Assembly: GCA_045118075.1 (NCBI GenBank)
Contig: JBGUOI010000202.1
Span: 7,741-71,740, forward strand
DNA: 64,000 nt
Reading direction: 5' to 3'
Source: Porcincola sp.
GTDB taxonomy: Bacteria; Bacillota; Clostridia; Lachnospirales; Lachnospiraceae
Shown here: piece after piece, positions 1 to 9,402 of the stretch
Numbering within the stretch: the stretch's first letter is position 1
Layout of the letters: every line of letters begins with the position of its first letter
Notes under the pieces: model-generated
Database searches by the model: none
What the model was told of the DNA's origin: nothing
What the model saw: only the letters and a program-made list of their open reading frames with translations
Position numbers and translations under genes: made by a program

Positions 1-391
1 AATACAGGATATAAACATTCATATCCGCCGGAACCTTCCCGTGGATCAGTTTGGGAATGAATGGCGTGATCGCCAGCCCGACCACGCAGATCACCAGTCC
101 GATGACCCGGTAATAGAGCCGGTACAGACGCATCAGTGCGTTAACGCGTTCCACGTCGTTTTCCGCGATGGGCCTGTACATGGAAAAGACCATCGCGCTC
201 CCCACGCCCAGCTCAGCGAGGTTGAGCACCCGCAGGACAGAAATGAACAGGCTGTTCAATCCCAGATACTGTACGCCGATCGTCTGCACCATAACGGTGC
301 GGAATATGAACGGCACCAGGATCTCGTACAGCTTCATTAACGTCCCGAAAAATACATTTCGTGTCGCGTTTTTGGTTTTGTTGAGCTTCAT
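1..391 (-). CDS. wzx: Wzx-type oligosaccharide flippase (MOP superfamily), N-terminal ~130 codons only; continues past the left edge
   Basis: Absent from the ORF track because there is no stop in the window. The reverse strand from ATG 391-389 reads MKLNKTKNATRNVFFGTLMKLYEILVPFIFRTVMVQTIGVQYLGLNSLFISVLRVLNLAELGVGSAMVFSMYRPIAEND..., a typical N-terminus of polysaccharide-repeat flippases. It starts 17 nt after the stop of the upstream gene. Confidence 0.6.
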   Translation of the reverse strand, partial: MKLNKTKNATRNVFFGTLMKLYEILVPFIFRTVMVQTIGVQYLGLNSLFISVLRVLNLAELGVGSAMVFSMYRPIAENDVERVNALMRLYRLYYRVIGLVICVVGLAITPFIPKLIHGKVPADMNVYILY

Positions 392-408
392 CAGATGTAT
401 AAGTCCCT

Positions 409-1545
409 TTATTCCCGGATCGCTTTTTCCAGACGGGCTTTTGAAACGGCCGCCAGTTCCCGTCTCCTGCGGGTGACGGGCTCATAGTCGATCTTGTTTT
501 CTGTGTCAGCTTCTTTCAGCTTTTCAGCCGGAATGTGGCGCTCTTCCAGGCAGAGCGCTTCGAGCAGGTTCATGATCCTGGCATCGTCTCTTCGTTTCCC
601 GCCGGGAGTCATGTCATTTACCGCATAAAATTCTTTCTCAAAGACTGCCGAGATCGCTGTCCCGTGGAATGAATCCGTGACCACATACTCAGCGTTCGCC
701 AGCAGGCTTACAAAGCCGCGCGGGCCCGCATCTCCGGGCGCGAGCCGGATGCTTTTTCGGCAGCGCAGCAGGTCCATGGTCCCCTCCCGGGACACACAGG
801 TATAAACAGGAAGGCCGGTCTTTTCGGAAAATTCCCGTACAGCGCGAAGGGCGCTTTTATTCAGTCTCACCGAATAGAAAAAGATATACGGCTCCTTCAC
901 CGCCCGCGGTGCCAGGATCTTTTGAAAGTCTTCTTTTTCGACCAGCAGCGTGGGATCGGGGTCCGTAAAGACGCTCCTTTCATCTCCCAAAAGCGCGCGA
1001 ACCGCCTCCGCTCCGGTCTTTTCCCGCATGGAAAGATAAGAAAAATCCCGCAGGCATAAGCGGATATAATCACGGTCCTTCGCTTTTTCGAAGGTGCTCT
1101 TTCCGACGCTTACCGCGTAGGAGATCTTTTTGACGTTGTGCACTTCCCCCAGCAGGAACGTAACGTCAAAATCCCTCGCCATGGGATTCCAGATCTGGTC
1201 GCTTCCGCAGACCATCACATCCTTGTCTTCCGTAAAGGTGCTGATGTTGTCGCCGGAGCGGTACCTTTTCTTTCCCAGCGGCAGCTGCTCTTTGCGGAAC
1301 CTGTCAAAGTCGCGGTTCCGGCGCAGATAATAGGGCAGAAGGATCGTGTGCAGAAGATCCGTCGAGATAAAGTTCTTTTTTACAGGCGGATAAAACAGGG
1401 AATACATCTCCCTGTAATGATTCGGTTCATAGTCAATGATCTCCGGGCGTGCCCCCATCTGAGAAAGGATATGAGCCAGCGCCCACGCCTGCAGCGCGGA
1501 ACCGTAATTGATCGATCTGTGAAAAGTGATGATCCCCGTCTTCAC
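409..1545 (-). CDS. polysaccharide pyruvyl transferase family protein (CsaB/WcaK-like)
   Basis: 378 aa. MKTGIITFHRSINYGSALQAWAL at the N-terminus and VVTDSFHGTAISAVF near the C-terminus are hallmark motifs of the family. The GTG start abuts the stop of the GT2 gene. Confidence 0.8.
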   Translation of the reverse strand: MKTGIITFHRSINYGSALQAWALAHILSQMGARPEIIDYEPNHYREMYSLFYPPVKKNFISTDLLHTILLPYYLRRNRDFDRFRKEQLPLGKKRYRSGDNISTFTEDKDVMVCGSDQIWNPMARDFDVTFLLGEVHNVKKISYAVSVGKSTFEKAKDRDYIRLCLRDFSYLSMREKTGAEAVRALLGDERSVFTDPDPTLLVEKEDFQKILAPRAVKEPYIFFYSVRLNKSALRAVREFSEKTGLPVYTCVSREGTMDLLRCRKSIRLAPGDAGPRGFVSLLANAEYVVTDSFHGTAISAVFEKEFYAVNDMTPGGKRRDDARIMNLLEALCLEERHIPAEKLKEADTENKIDYEPVTRRRRELAAVSKARLEKAIRE

Positions 1546-2553
1546 TTACCTATACACCCCCGTCAGGTACACCGGCAGCGCTTGTCCGGTCCCGAGGACC
1601 ACACTGCGCGCTATATTCCTCTTGCTCGGTCTTGATCGCAGGTAGCTGACCATGTATCTTCTCCGCTCGTCTTTCAAAAAACCTTTTATATAACCGATCT
1701 TTTCCTTTCTGCCCAGGCGGCAGGTCGGAAAATCGATCTTTTTCATGCACATCAGCGATGTCTTTCCCTCATTGATCTCCAGGATCTCCCGGCATTCCTC
1801 ATACTCGCCGTAATGTTCATACAGGCCGGTCATGGCCGCGTACATCCTTTTTCTTCTCTCCAGTTCATTGGGATAGAACTTTCCCACCAGCGTATCGGTA
1901 CCCCTGACCATGTACCGATAATAAGGGCTCTGAACGATCCTGACCTTCGCAGAGCATTTAAAAGCTTTCGTGTTAAAGACAAAATCCTCGCCGAGCCGCA
2001 GGTCCTCATCAAATTCCAGGGCATTTTCCCTGACAAGCTGTGTCCGGATCATCCGGTTCCAGATATAACTGAAGAAAACATCCCGCCGGCTGTCCCTGGC
2101 CACTTCCCTTAAAAACAGCTTCATCTCATCCGCCGAGCGGATATCCTTATCCGGAAGCGCCAATGTATCTCTCTTGATTAACCGGCCGGCATCATCGAAG
2201 ACTTCCCTGACCCGGCCGAAGATGACCAGGTCGAAACCTTCCCCCGCTGCTGCCAGCTCCTTAAAGGCGTCCGGGTGAAGCTGGTCGTCTGAATCCATAA
2301 AGTAGAGCCACTCGCCTCCGGCATGGGCGATCCCGGTATTCCTGGCTTTGGACGGTCCCCCGTTCTCCTGCCTGACCAGCCGGATGCGCGGATCTGAGGA
2401 GGCGTACTTTGAAATGATCTCTGCCGATTCATCGGTCGATCCGTCATCGACGGCGATCAGTTCAAAATCGCCGCAGGACTGTTCCTGCAGCGAGCGGATC
2501 GTTTCGGGCAGAAACCCGGCTGCATTGTAGACCGGCATAATTACACTGATCAA
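1546..2553 (-). CDS. family 2 (GT-A) glycosyltransferase
   Basis: 335 aa. VIMPVYNAAGFLPETIRSLQEQSCGDFELIAVDDGSTDES plus a DSDD (DxD) motif. The TTG start lies 6 nt after a GGAGG. Confidence 0.85.
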   Translation of the reverse strand: MISVIMPVYNAAGFLPETIRSLQEQSCGDFELIAVDDGSTDESAEIISKYASSDPRIRLVRQENGGPSKARNTGIAHAGGEWLYFMDSDDQLHPDAFKELAAAGEGFDLVIFGRVREVFDDAGRLIKRDTLALPDKDIRSADEMKLFLREVARDSRRDVFFSYIWNRMIRTQLVRENALEFDEDLRLGEDFVFNTKAFKCSAKVRIVQSPYYRYMVRGTDTLVGKFYPNELERRKRMYAAMTGLYEHYGEYEECREILEINEGKTSLMCMKKIDFPTCRLGRKEKIGYIKGFLKDERRRYMVSYLRSRPSKRNIARSVVLGTGQALPVYLTGVYR

Positions 2554-2564
2554 AAGCTGCCTCC

Positions 2565-3641
2565 TTATCCCTTTGTTATCTTCTCAAGATAGTCCAGTCC
2601 CCGGCGGCGAAGTCTTCCGGCTGTTTCCTTAAGAGCTTCCGCATCGGCCTTGTCGGTCACCAGACCGGTACTTCCAATCCTTACCGCCCTGTCCGGAACG
2701 CCGCATTCCTCCAGCAGTTCCTCTATCCTCCAGGGGGATGTTTTATTCGAAACAAACGTGTTGAAAGACTTCCCGAAAATGACCGAAAACGCGGATCCGT
2801 GGAAAGAATTGGTCACCACATAGGACGCGTTCGCGATCAGCGATAAAAATTCGCGCGGTCCCGCATTTTTCACGACCTCATCCACCTTCCGCCGCGGCCT
2901 CAGGGTCCTGGTTATGAGGACGGTCTTTAAGCCGTATTTTTTTGCCGCCAGAGCGGCGATATCGTAAAGGATATCCATCTCATACAGTGAGTAGATCAGG
3001 ACATATTTCTCCTTATTGTCTTCTTTTATATTAAGCAGCTTTTTCCACTCTTCCCCGCTGTGCAGAAAGACCGGATCGGGAACCACTTCGGCGTTCACGC
3101 CGCACATCTTTTCAAGCTGCCTTGCCGCGTACTCTTCCCTCACCGACACATGGTCAAAAGAGGAAAGCAGTCCGGCGGCCGTATCCGCATCCTCCGGTCC
3201 GAGCGTACCCGCGCCGGCCGCAAACGAGGCTTTTTTACCTTTGGTGACAAAATCAAGGTAATAGGCGGTATCGAAGCCGGTCAGTTTCAGGTTGAACACC
3301 TGGTCACTGCCGGTGATAAACAGATCTTCTTTCCCGTCCAGCTGCGCAATGGTCTTTTTCGTGTATGGACCGACCTGCCGCATTCGTTTTATAAAATTCC
3401 GATAACGGAGCCTTCTGGGAAGAAAGACGGTATTGTAGAAGATATTGTAGACCCTGGCTTTAAGAGGCGTCCCCGCTTTAAAGACCGGTCTGGGCGCATG
3501 CATCGCTTCGATCGCCGGGCAGCGGTAATCGATCAGCGCCGCCTCATGCCCCGCCTCCTCAAGGGCGGAATACAGCGAAAAAGCCTGAAGGACAGCGCCG
3601 GGGTTAAGTGCGTTTGAGAATGTAAGAATGCCCGCTTTCAC
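2565..3641 (-). CDS. polysaccharide pyruvyl transferase family protein, second copy
   Basis: 358 aa. MKAGILTFSNALNPGAVLQAFSL ... VVTNSFHGSAFSVIF. Paralogue of 409-1545. Confidence 0.8.
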   Translation of the reverse strand: MKAGILTFSNALNPGAVLQAFSLYSALEEAGHEAALIDYRCPAIEAMHAPRPVFKAGTPLKARVYNIFYNTVFLPRRLRYRNFIKRMRQVGPYTKKTIAQLDGKEDLFITGSDQVFNLKLTGFDTAYYLDFVTKGKKASFAAGAGTLGPEDADTAAGLLSSFDHVSVREEYAARQLEKMCGVNAEVVPDPVFLHSGEEWKKLLNIKEDNKEKYVLIYSLYEMDILYDIAALAAKKYGLKTVLITRTLRPRRKVDEVVKNAGPREFLSLIANASYVVTNSFHGSAFSVIFGKSFNTFVSNKTSPWRIEELLEECGVPDRAVRIGSTGLVTDKADAEALKETAGRLRRRGLDYLEKITKG

Positions 3642-4938
3642 GTGCCTTGCTCTCCTTTGCTTCCGGAACGGTCAGCGTCAGGAGCACTCCGATAAAGTAG
3701 CTGACCACGAAATTATAGTCATAGAGGGGGTTGCCGCTCATGCAGTACGCCAGAAAAAAGACCTGGAGAAAAATGCCTGCGCCGGTGATGACGCGCTCCT
3801 CTGAATCCGGGTCCGTCAGGACAAGTTTCCGATACCGGTAAGAAGCGGCAAGCAGTATATTCCCCACTGCTGCCAGAAACGCGGCAAGTCCGGCGGCCCC
3901 GGTCTCGCACAGCAGCTGAATATAAACGTTATGGGTCGCGTAGGTATAATCGCTCGTTCCTCCGAATACACCGATCGAGTGCTGGCGGTAGCATCCCCAT
4001 CCGATTCCCGTCAGCCGGTGGCCCTTAAACAGCCTAAACGCCAGCGTATACAGCTGCTGTCGTCCGTTGAGCGTACTTAAGGTTGCGTCTTCCCCGGAAA
4101 AACGGCCCGCCAGCGCGTCGACCGAACTGTGGACCAGCGGAATGAACCGGTAAAGTACGTAAAAACCGATAAGCGCCGCCCCAATGAGAATGACCGTCCA
4201 GATCATCCGGCTGACGTTGATCCTGGCCGCTTTCTCTTTTCGGAATCCGAGAAGCATCAGAAACAGGATGCCTGCCACAAAATCCAGCAAAAATCCGCGC
4301 TTCTGGATGAGCACCGCCGACAGGGCGAAGAGTCCGATCACGCTCCAGCTCAGGATCCAGTTCTTTTCCTTCTTCATCAGGATGATCGCCGCGAAAGCTG
4401 CCAGTCCGTTAAAGATATAATTTCCCGCCGTACCGGTAAAGAGCACCAGGCCGGCCGTGCCGTCCATCTGTCTTTTCAAGGCGACGACTCCGGGCCGGTA
4501 AAGCCCGAAAAAGCCGCTGCGGCAGACGCCGGTCACCTTATCCGCGATCACGGACACGACAATGACAAGACCGCACCACATAAGGCAGCGCAGTATCATT
4601 TTCTTGTTGATCTTTCCGACTGCCATTGACATGCAGATGAGCACGCAGCAGACCATGACCGGGAAATCGTTCTTAAACTGGTCTGTCATCCTCCGGGCAT
4701 TTTCAGCCAGTATAACGATCAGGAATACGATCCAGAAGCCGAAAATACCGAAGGAGAATCTCGGATGCGCAATAAGGCACAGCGCGGTAAGAGCAAACAG
4801 CAGAATGCTCGTCATCGGCAGTCCGTGAAAAAACACGGGTACCCGGAATACCCCCCAGCAGCCCCACAAAAAAGGCCAGAAGGCAAACGCCCATATCAGT
4901 ATATCGTTCAGCCTGATCTTCAATCGCTCATCAGTCAT
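3604..4938 (-). CDS. wzy: Wzy-type repeat-unit polymerase / O-antigen ligase family membrane protein
   Basis: 444 aa multi-spanning membrane protein carrying the Wzy_C-type motif YATHNVYIQLLCETGAAGL. Overlaps the next gene by 38 nt. Confidence 0.75.
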   Translation of the reverse strand: MTDERLKIRLNDILIWAFAFWPFLWGCWGVFRVPVFFHGLPMTSILLFALTALCLIAHPRFSFGIFGFWIVFLIVILAENARRMTDQFKNDFPVMVCCVLICMSMAVGKINKKMILRCLMWCGLVIVVSVIADKVTGVCRSGFFGLYRPGVVALKRQMDGTAGLVLFTGTAGNYIFNGLAAFAAIILMKKEKNWILSWSVIGLFALSAVLIQKRGFLLDFVAGILFLMLLGFRKEKAARINVSRMIWTVILIGAALIGFYVLYRFIPLVHSSVDALAGRFSGEDATLSTLNGRQQLYTLAFRLFKGHRLTGIGWGCYRQHSIGVFGGTSDYTYATHNVYIQLLCETGAAGLAAFLAAVGNILLAASYRYRKLVLTDPDSEERVITGAGIFLQVFFLAYCMSGNPLYDYNFVVSYFIGVLLTLTVPEAKESKARESGHSYILKRT

Positions 4939-4955
4939 TAATGTCCGCCTGTCAG

Positions 4956-6089
4956 TTAAAGCAGCCCGCGGTAGACCACGAGCATTTTCTCACAGTATAC
5001 TTTTTCGGAAAAATGGCTGCCGGCGTAGCGGCAGATCCATTCGGGATCGTACTTATCGTACGTCTCCGTCATTTTTATAAGAGCTTCCTTAAGCTGCCGG
5101 GGGGAGCGGTGGTCCACCGCCATCCCCAGGCGCTCATCGGGGTTGTCCGTGACCACCGTGGTCGTATCGCTCACGATCACCGGTTTTCCGCAGGCCCATG
5201 ATTCTACGACCGGCACGCAGAAAGTCTCCAGAGCGGAAAATCCGACAAACGCGTCGGAAGATCCAATCAGCGCCGCCATTTTCTCATGCGGCACCAGCCC
5301 CGGCAGGAATACCTGCCTTCCGGCATTCCTCTGTTTCACGATTCCGGCGATCCTTCCCATCTCCGGACCGTTTCCCGCTATGGTGAGTGTTACGTCCGGC
5401 CGGTCCTTAAATGCGTCCAGAAAAGCCTCAACCAGAAGATGGTATTGTTTGATGCTGACCATGCGGCCGATGGCAAGGAACCGAAATCCCTCGTGCTGCT
5501 CCTTCGCCGGTTTGAAGTCGCCGTACAGCACATTGGGAACGACAGGCATCTCCCTGTCTGTCCCGGTCATCTCGCGGATGGACTTAACGAGCGCCGATCC
5601 GACGCAGCAAAAAACATCCGCCTTTTCCACATACTCCTTTAAGTTCTCCAGGATCCAGCCGCCGATGGATTTATCCTGCACCCGGCTCCAGTGCTCGGTC
5701 GCGGCGATTTTGACCCCTTTACGCTGATACGGCTCCAGAATGCGGTAAAGAAACGATGACGGGTAGTGCACATGGATGATGTCCGGCAATCCACCCTTTC
5801 GGGCAAGATACCTCATCAGCCGCATAAACATCCTGCGTCTGACTGAAGTAATGTACCTTGACGGAACCAGTCCGCCGGCCGGCCAGGATACGGTCGCTAC
5901 CGACACGCCGTCCTCATTTTTCTCGGAGCAGCCGAATCTGCGCCGCCTTCTGACGGATCTCGGATCCGCGACGAGGTAGGTCACCTCAAGCCCGGCCCGC
6001 GCCAGAGTCTTTGCCTGCTCCAGCTCGAAGGAGCCGAGCCTGTTGTTTTCCGCGCGCGGGTAATCCCGGCCGATGATCCAGACTTTCAT
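4956..6089 (-). CDS. GT-B fold glycosyltransferase (family 4-like)
   Basis: 377 aa. C-terminal FSALETFCVPVVESWACGKPVIVSD matches the GT4 E-x7-E region. Sits in the polysaccharide operon. Confidence 0.8.
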   Translation of the reverse strand: MKVWIIGRDYPRAENNRLGSFELEQAKTLARAGLEVTYLVADPRSVRRRRRFGCSEKNEDGVSVATVSWPAGGLVPSRYITSVRRRMFMRLMRYLARKGGLPDIIHVHYPSSFLYRILEPYQRKGVKIAATEHWSRVQDKSIGGWILENLKEYVEKADVFCCVGSALVKSIREMTGTDREMPVVPNVLYGDFKPAKEQHEGFRFLAIGRMVSIKQYHLLVEAFLDAFKDRPDVTLTIAGNGPEMGRIAGIVKQRNAGRQVFLPGLVPHEKMAALIGSSDAFVGFSALETFCVPVVESWACGKPVIVSDTTTVVTDNPDERLGMAVDHRSPRQLKEALIKMTETYDKYDPEWICRYAGSHFSEKVYCEKMLVVYRGLL

Positions 6090-6102
6090 CCCGTCTCCTT
6101 TA

Positions 6103-6324
6103 TTATTTCTCCATCAGGGCAACGATGTCGCCGACTGTCTCGAAACCGCGGATAATGTCAGCGGTAAGCTTCACGTCGAACTCATCTTCCATCAGAACGA
6201 TCAGGGACAGTTTTGCCATTGAATCGTACTCATCGATATCATCAAGGATCGTCTCGACCGTCAGGTCTCCCTCGTCCAGTTCCAGCATATCCTCGAGCAG
6301 CGCCAGTTTTTCGCGTTCAGTCAT
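6103..6324 (-). CDS. acyl carrier protein-like phosphopantetheine carrier
   Basis: 73 aa, acidic. DEYDSMAKLSLIVLMEDEF contains the D-S-(L/M) phosphopantetheine-attachment serine context. Confidence 0.75.
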   Translation of the reverse strand: MTEREKLALLEDMLELDEGDLTVETILDDIDEYDSMAKLSLIVLMEDEFDVKLTADIIRGFETVGDIVALMEK

Positions 6325-6399
6325 TTTCAGTTTTCCTCCTTAAATGTTGATCTATCTCCCAACCCCTGCTGTGCGGGGGATCGGTCCGTTAATTACTTT

Positions 6400-7476
6400 T
6401 TATTCCTCGTCTTCCGGAAGGTCATCCGGATATCCGTCGTCATAAGTATCGTGTCCGATCGTGAGCGGCAGGATGTCCTTTGCGTTGATCCTGAAATCCA
6501 CCACGCCCCAGGAAAGGCCGATGCCGAACCCGCTGGCGATCAGGAACAGTTCCCTGTCCTCATCGCTTTCTCCGAATCGGTCGACCAAAGAGAGCGGAGC
6601 GGAAGCGCCGCTGGTATTGCCGAAGCGGTCCAGGCAGACCGGAACTTTTTCCATGGGCATGCCCGTGCGCTTGGCGACATTTTTGATGATCATCATATTC
6701 GCCTGATGCAGGGCCATGGCATCATAATCCTCGATCGAAGTGCCGGCCTTTTCGGTAAAGTTTTTGATCAGCTCCGGCACTTCCCGGATGGTGAAGTTGA
6801 AGACGGCAATGTCGTCCCCGGGGATGCTTCCCGGTCCGACCGGATGCTTCCAGCCGTTATAGGGGCTGGCAAGGGCTTTATGGCCGCTGCCGTCGCTCAT
6901 CAGCGCGGTGCGAACGCGCCAGCCCGGCGCTTTCTCGAGCAGAGTCGCGCTGCAGGCATCACCAAAAAGGAGCGCCGTATTGGAAGACCGCTTCTGGTTG
7001 GGGAAACGTCTCTTTCTGGCAAGGGTATCTCCCACGGTCACCAGCGCTTTCGACGCATTGGATGTCTGCAGCAGGGAAGCGGCTAAACTCACGCCGTACA
7101 CAAAGCCGGAGCAGCCCAGGTTGATGTCAAAAGCCAGGCAGTCGTTCGACAGGCCAAGCCTTTTGTGGAGCGCCAGGGCCGTGGACGGTGTCCGGTAGTC
7201 CGGAGTCTGCGTGATATTGATCAGCACGCCGATCTCATCGGGGGTGTATTTCCCGGCCGCTTCGATCTGTTTGGCGGCGGTGTAGGAAAAGTCGGACGCT
7301 GTCTGCGCCATAGTCGATTTTCTTATCTGGGTGATACCGGTATTGCGGATAAAATTCTTGATAAATTTCGGATCTTCCTCGGGATCATCCATTTTCGCCC
7401 GGATGTCGATAACCTGTTCGGGGACGGATGCGGCGATGGCACTGATCCGGATTCCTTCATTCTCAGCATAGATCAT
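6400..7476 (-). CDS. 3-oxoacyl-ACP synthase III (FabH/KAS III)-like enzyme
   Basis: 358 aa. The Cys-His-Asn triad contexts are present: NLGCSGFVYG, ALHQANMMII, LDRFGNTSGASAPL. Confidence 0.8.
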   Translation of the reverse strand: MIYAENEGIRISAIAASVPEQVIDIRAKMDDPEEDPKFIKNFIRNTGITQIRKSTMAQTASDFSYTAAKQIEAAGKYTPDEIGVLINITQTPDYRTPSTALALHKRLGLSNDCLAFDINLGCSGFVYGVSLAASLLQTSNASKALVTVGDTLARKRRFPNQKRSSNTALLFGDACSATLLEKAPGWRVRTALMSDGSGHKALASPYNGWKHPVGPGSIPGDDIAVFNFTIREVPELIKNFTEKAGTSIEDYDAMALHQANMMIIKNVAKRTGMPMEKVPVCLDRFGNTSGASAPLSLVDRFGESDEDRELFLIASGFGIGLSWGVVDFRINAKDILPLTIGHDTYDDGYPDDLPEDEE

Positions 7477-7502
7477 GTGATGTATTCTCCTTTTCTTCTT
7501 TA

Positions 7503-8270
7503 TCAGCAGGACATATATCCGCCGTCGACCGGCAGCTCCACGCCCGTGATCTGGCGTGCGGCCGGTGAGAGGAGGAAGATGATCGCGTTTGCCACATCTT
7601 CCGGTTCGTTCATGCCCAGATAGTTTCTTCCGGCTGTTTTCGGTGCCAGACTCTCCCCACGCATCTCTCCTTTAAGAGCCAGGTATTCCTGATACATTTC
7701 CGTATTAGTCCCTGCCGGGAGAACGTTGTTGAGCCGGATGCCCTTTTCGGCCAGTTCTCTTGCCATGCACCTCATGGCGCCGTTCATGGCAGCTTTCGAG
7801 GCTCCGTAGGCGGCCTGCGCCGAAGCGCCGACATAAGCGGAGATCGAGGAGACTCCCACGATGCTCATGCCTTCATTAAAGCGGCCTTTTTTGCTTAAGA
7901 CCCGCACCATCTCGAAATAGGAGGAGAAATTGGTGCGCATGATCTGATCGAGCCTGGCGGGGGTGTAATTCTTCAGCGGGAGATTGTTCACCGTGCCCGC
8001 GCTGTGCACGTAGCCGTCGAACTTCCCGTGCCGCGAGACCATTTCCTTTACCCGGCCTTCGAGCTCGTCCAGCATGGAGACGTCCAGCACATGCATGCTG
8101 TGGCCTTCCCCCTCCATGGCCGCAAGCGTTTCTTTCAGTCTTTCTTCTCTCCTGCCGGCAATCGCCACCCTGGCGCCCTGCCGGCTTAAAAGGATCGCCG
8201 TACTTTTGCCGATACCGGAGGTGGCGCCGGTGACCAGGATGTGTTTATCTTTCATCTGTAAAAAGTCCAC
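7503..8270 (-). CDS. short-chain dehydrogenase/reductase (FabG-like ketoreductase)
   Basis: 255 aa. LVTGATSGIGKSTA (TGxxxGxG), a catalytic S...YxxxK context (YGASKAAMNG) and NNVLPGT-like NVLPAGTNT. Confidence 0.85.
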   Translation of the reverse strand: MDFLQMKDKHILVTGATSGIGKSTAILLSRQGARVAIAGRREERLKETLAAMEGEGHSMHVLDVSMLDELEGRVKEMVSRHGKFDGYVHSAGTVNNLPLKNYTPARLDQIMRTNFSSYFEMVRVLSKKGRFNEGMSIVGVSSISAYVGASAQAAYGASKAAMNGAMRCMARELAEKGIRLNNVLPAGTNTEMYQEYLALKGEMRGESLAPKTAGRNYLGMNEPEDVANAIIFLLSPAARQITGVELPVDGGYMSC

Positions 8271-8283
8271 TCTGTCACCTCCG

Positions 8284-9375
8284 TTACATCAGCATTTCGG
8301 GAGTGATCTTTCCCTCCCGGTACCAGTCTTTTGTCCGGATCACCGGAAACAGTTTTTCCGTATTGATCTTCGCCGAGGTCACGCCCCAGGAAAGACCTAT
8401 TCCAAAGCCCGCCATCAGGGTGTTCTTCACGCCTTCGTCCGTCCCGCCGAAACGGTGGCAGAGCGTGAGCGGAATGGAGATCCCGCCGCTGTTGCCGTAG
8501 CGGTCCAGGCTGATGGGCACTTTTTCCGCCGAGATCTTCAGCTTTTTAGAAAGCTGCTTGATAATGAAGCGGTTGGCCTGATGGAAAACAAACAGATCAT
8601 AATCATCCGTGCCCGTCTTTGTCCGTTCCAGGAATTCCAGAATGGTCTTCGGAACATCCGAGATCGAAAACGAGAACACGCTTGTCCCCTCCATATAGAT
8701 GTCATATAATGTCCGCTCGATCCCGTCATTGCACAGGAAGCGTTCACGGGGCGGATCCATGTCCCTGAAGCCGCCGGCCGGCAGAATGATGTTCCTGAAC
8801 CGGCTTCCGTCCGTCTTAAGAAGCGCAGGCGTTTTTGCGGTCTCATCGTGCTTAAGCAGGACCGCCGCTCCGGCATCGCCGTACATCATCACAACGGATT
8901 TATCCAGCGGATCGACGACCTTGGAAGCCGTTTCGCCCAACAGCAGGAGGCAGTATTCCATATCCGAGTGTTCCATCAGGCTCATGGCTGTCTGCAGGCC
9001 GTACACGAACCCGGAACATCCCAGCCCAATATCCATGGCCATGCAGTCCATGGGCAGTTCCAGCCGGTGCTGAAGCACGCAGGCTGAAGCAGGCCGCCGG
9101 TAATCCGGTGACTGGGTGATGAAGATCAGTCCCCCGATTTTTTCCCTCCCGATATTCATTTTCTCCAACAGGTGGGAGGCTGCCGCATAGGCCAGATCTG
9201 AGGCCGTCTGCTCGGGAAGCGCCTTGAATGAGCATCTTATGCCCGTTAATTCAGCAAACTTCTCCGGAATGACCGGACCGAAAACCTCATAAAAGCTTTC
9301 TACGGGCACTTCATTATCCGGAACGGCGCAGGCGATTCCCGCGATCCCGATTCCGCTGCTTAAAAGGAAAGCCAC
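8284..9375 (-). CDS. second KAS III (FabH)-like enzyme
   Basis: 363 aa. GLGCSGFVYG, VFHQANRFII and LDRYGNSGGISIPL show an intact Cys-His-Asn triad. Diverged paralogue of 6400-7476. Confidence 0.8.
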   Translation of the reverse strand: MAFLLSSGIGIAGIACAVPDNEVPVESFYEVFGPVIPEKFAELTGIRCSFKALPEQTASDLAYAAASHLLEKMNIGREKIGGLIFITQSPDYRRPASACVLQHRLELPMDCMAMDIGLGCSGFVYGLQTAMSLMEHSDMEYCLLLLGETASKVVDPLDKSVVMMYGDAGAAVLLKHDETAKTPALLKTDGSRFRNIILPAGGFRDMDPPRERFLCNDGIERTLYDIYMEGTSVFSFSISDVPKTILEFLERTKTGTDDYDLFVFHQANRFIIKQLSKKLKISAEKVPISLDRYGNSGGISIPLTLCHRFGGTDEGVKNTLMAGFGIGLSWGVTSAKINTEKLFPVIRTKDWYREGKITPEMLM

Positions 9376-9402
9376 TTGGTATTCCCCTTTCTTCTTTGTA
9401 TT

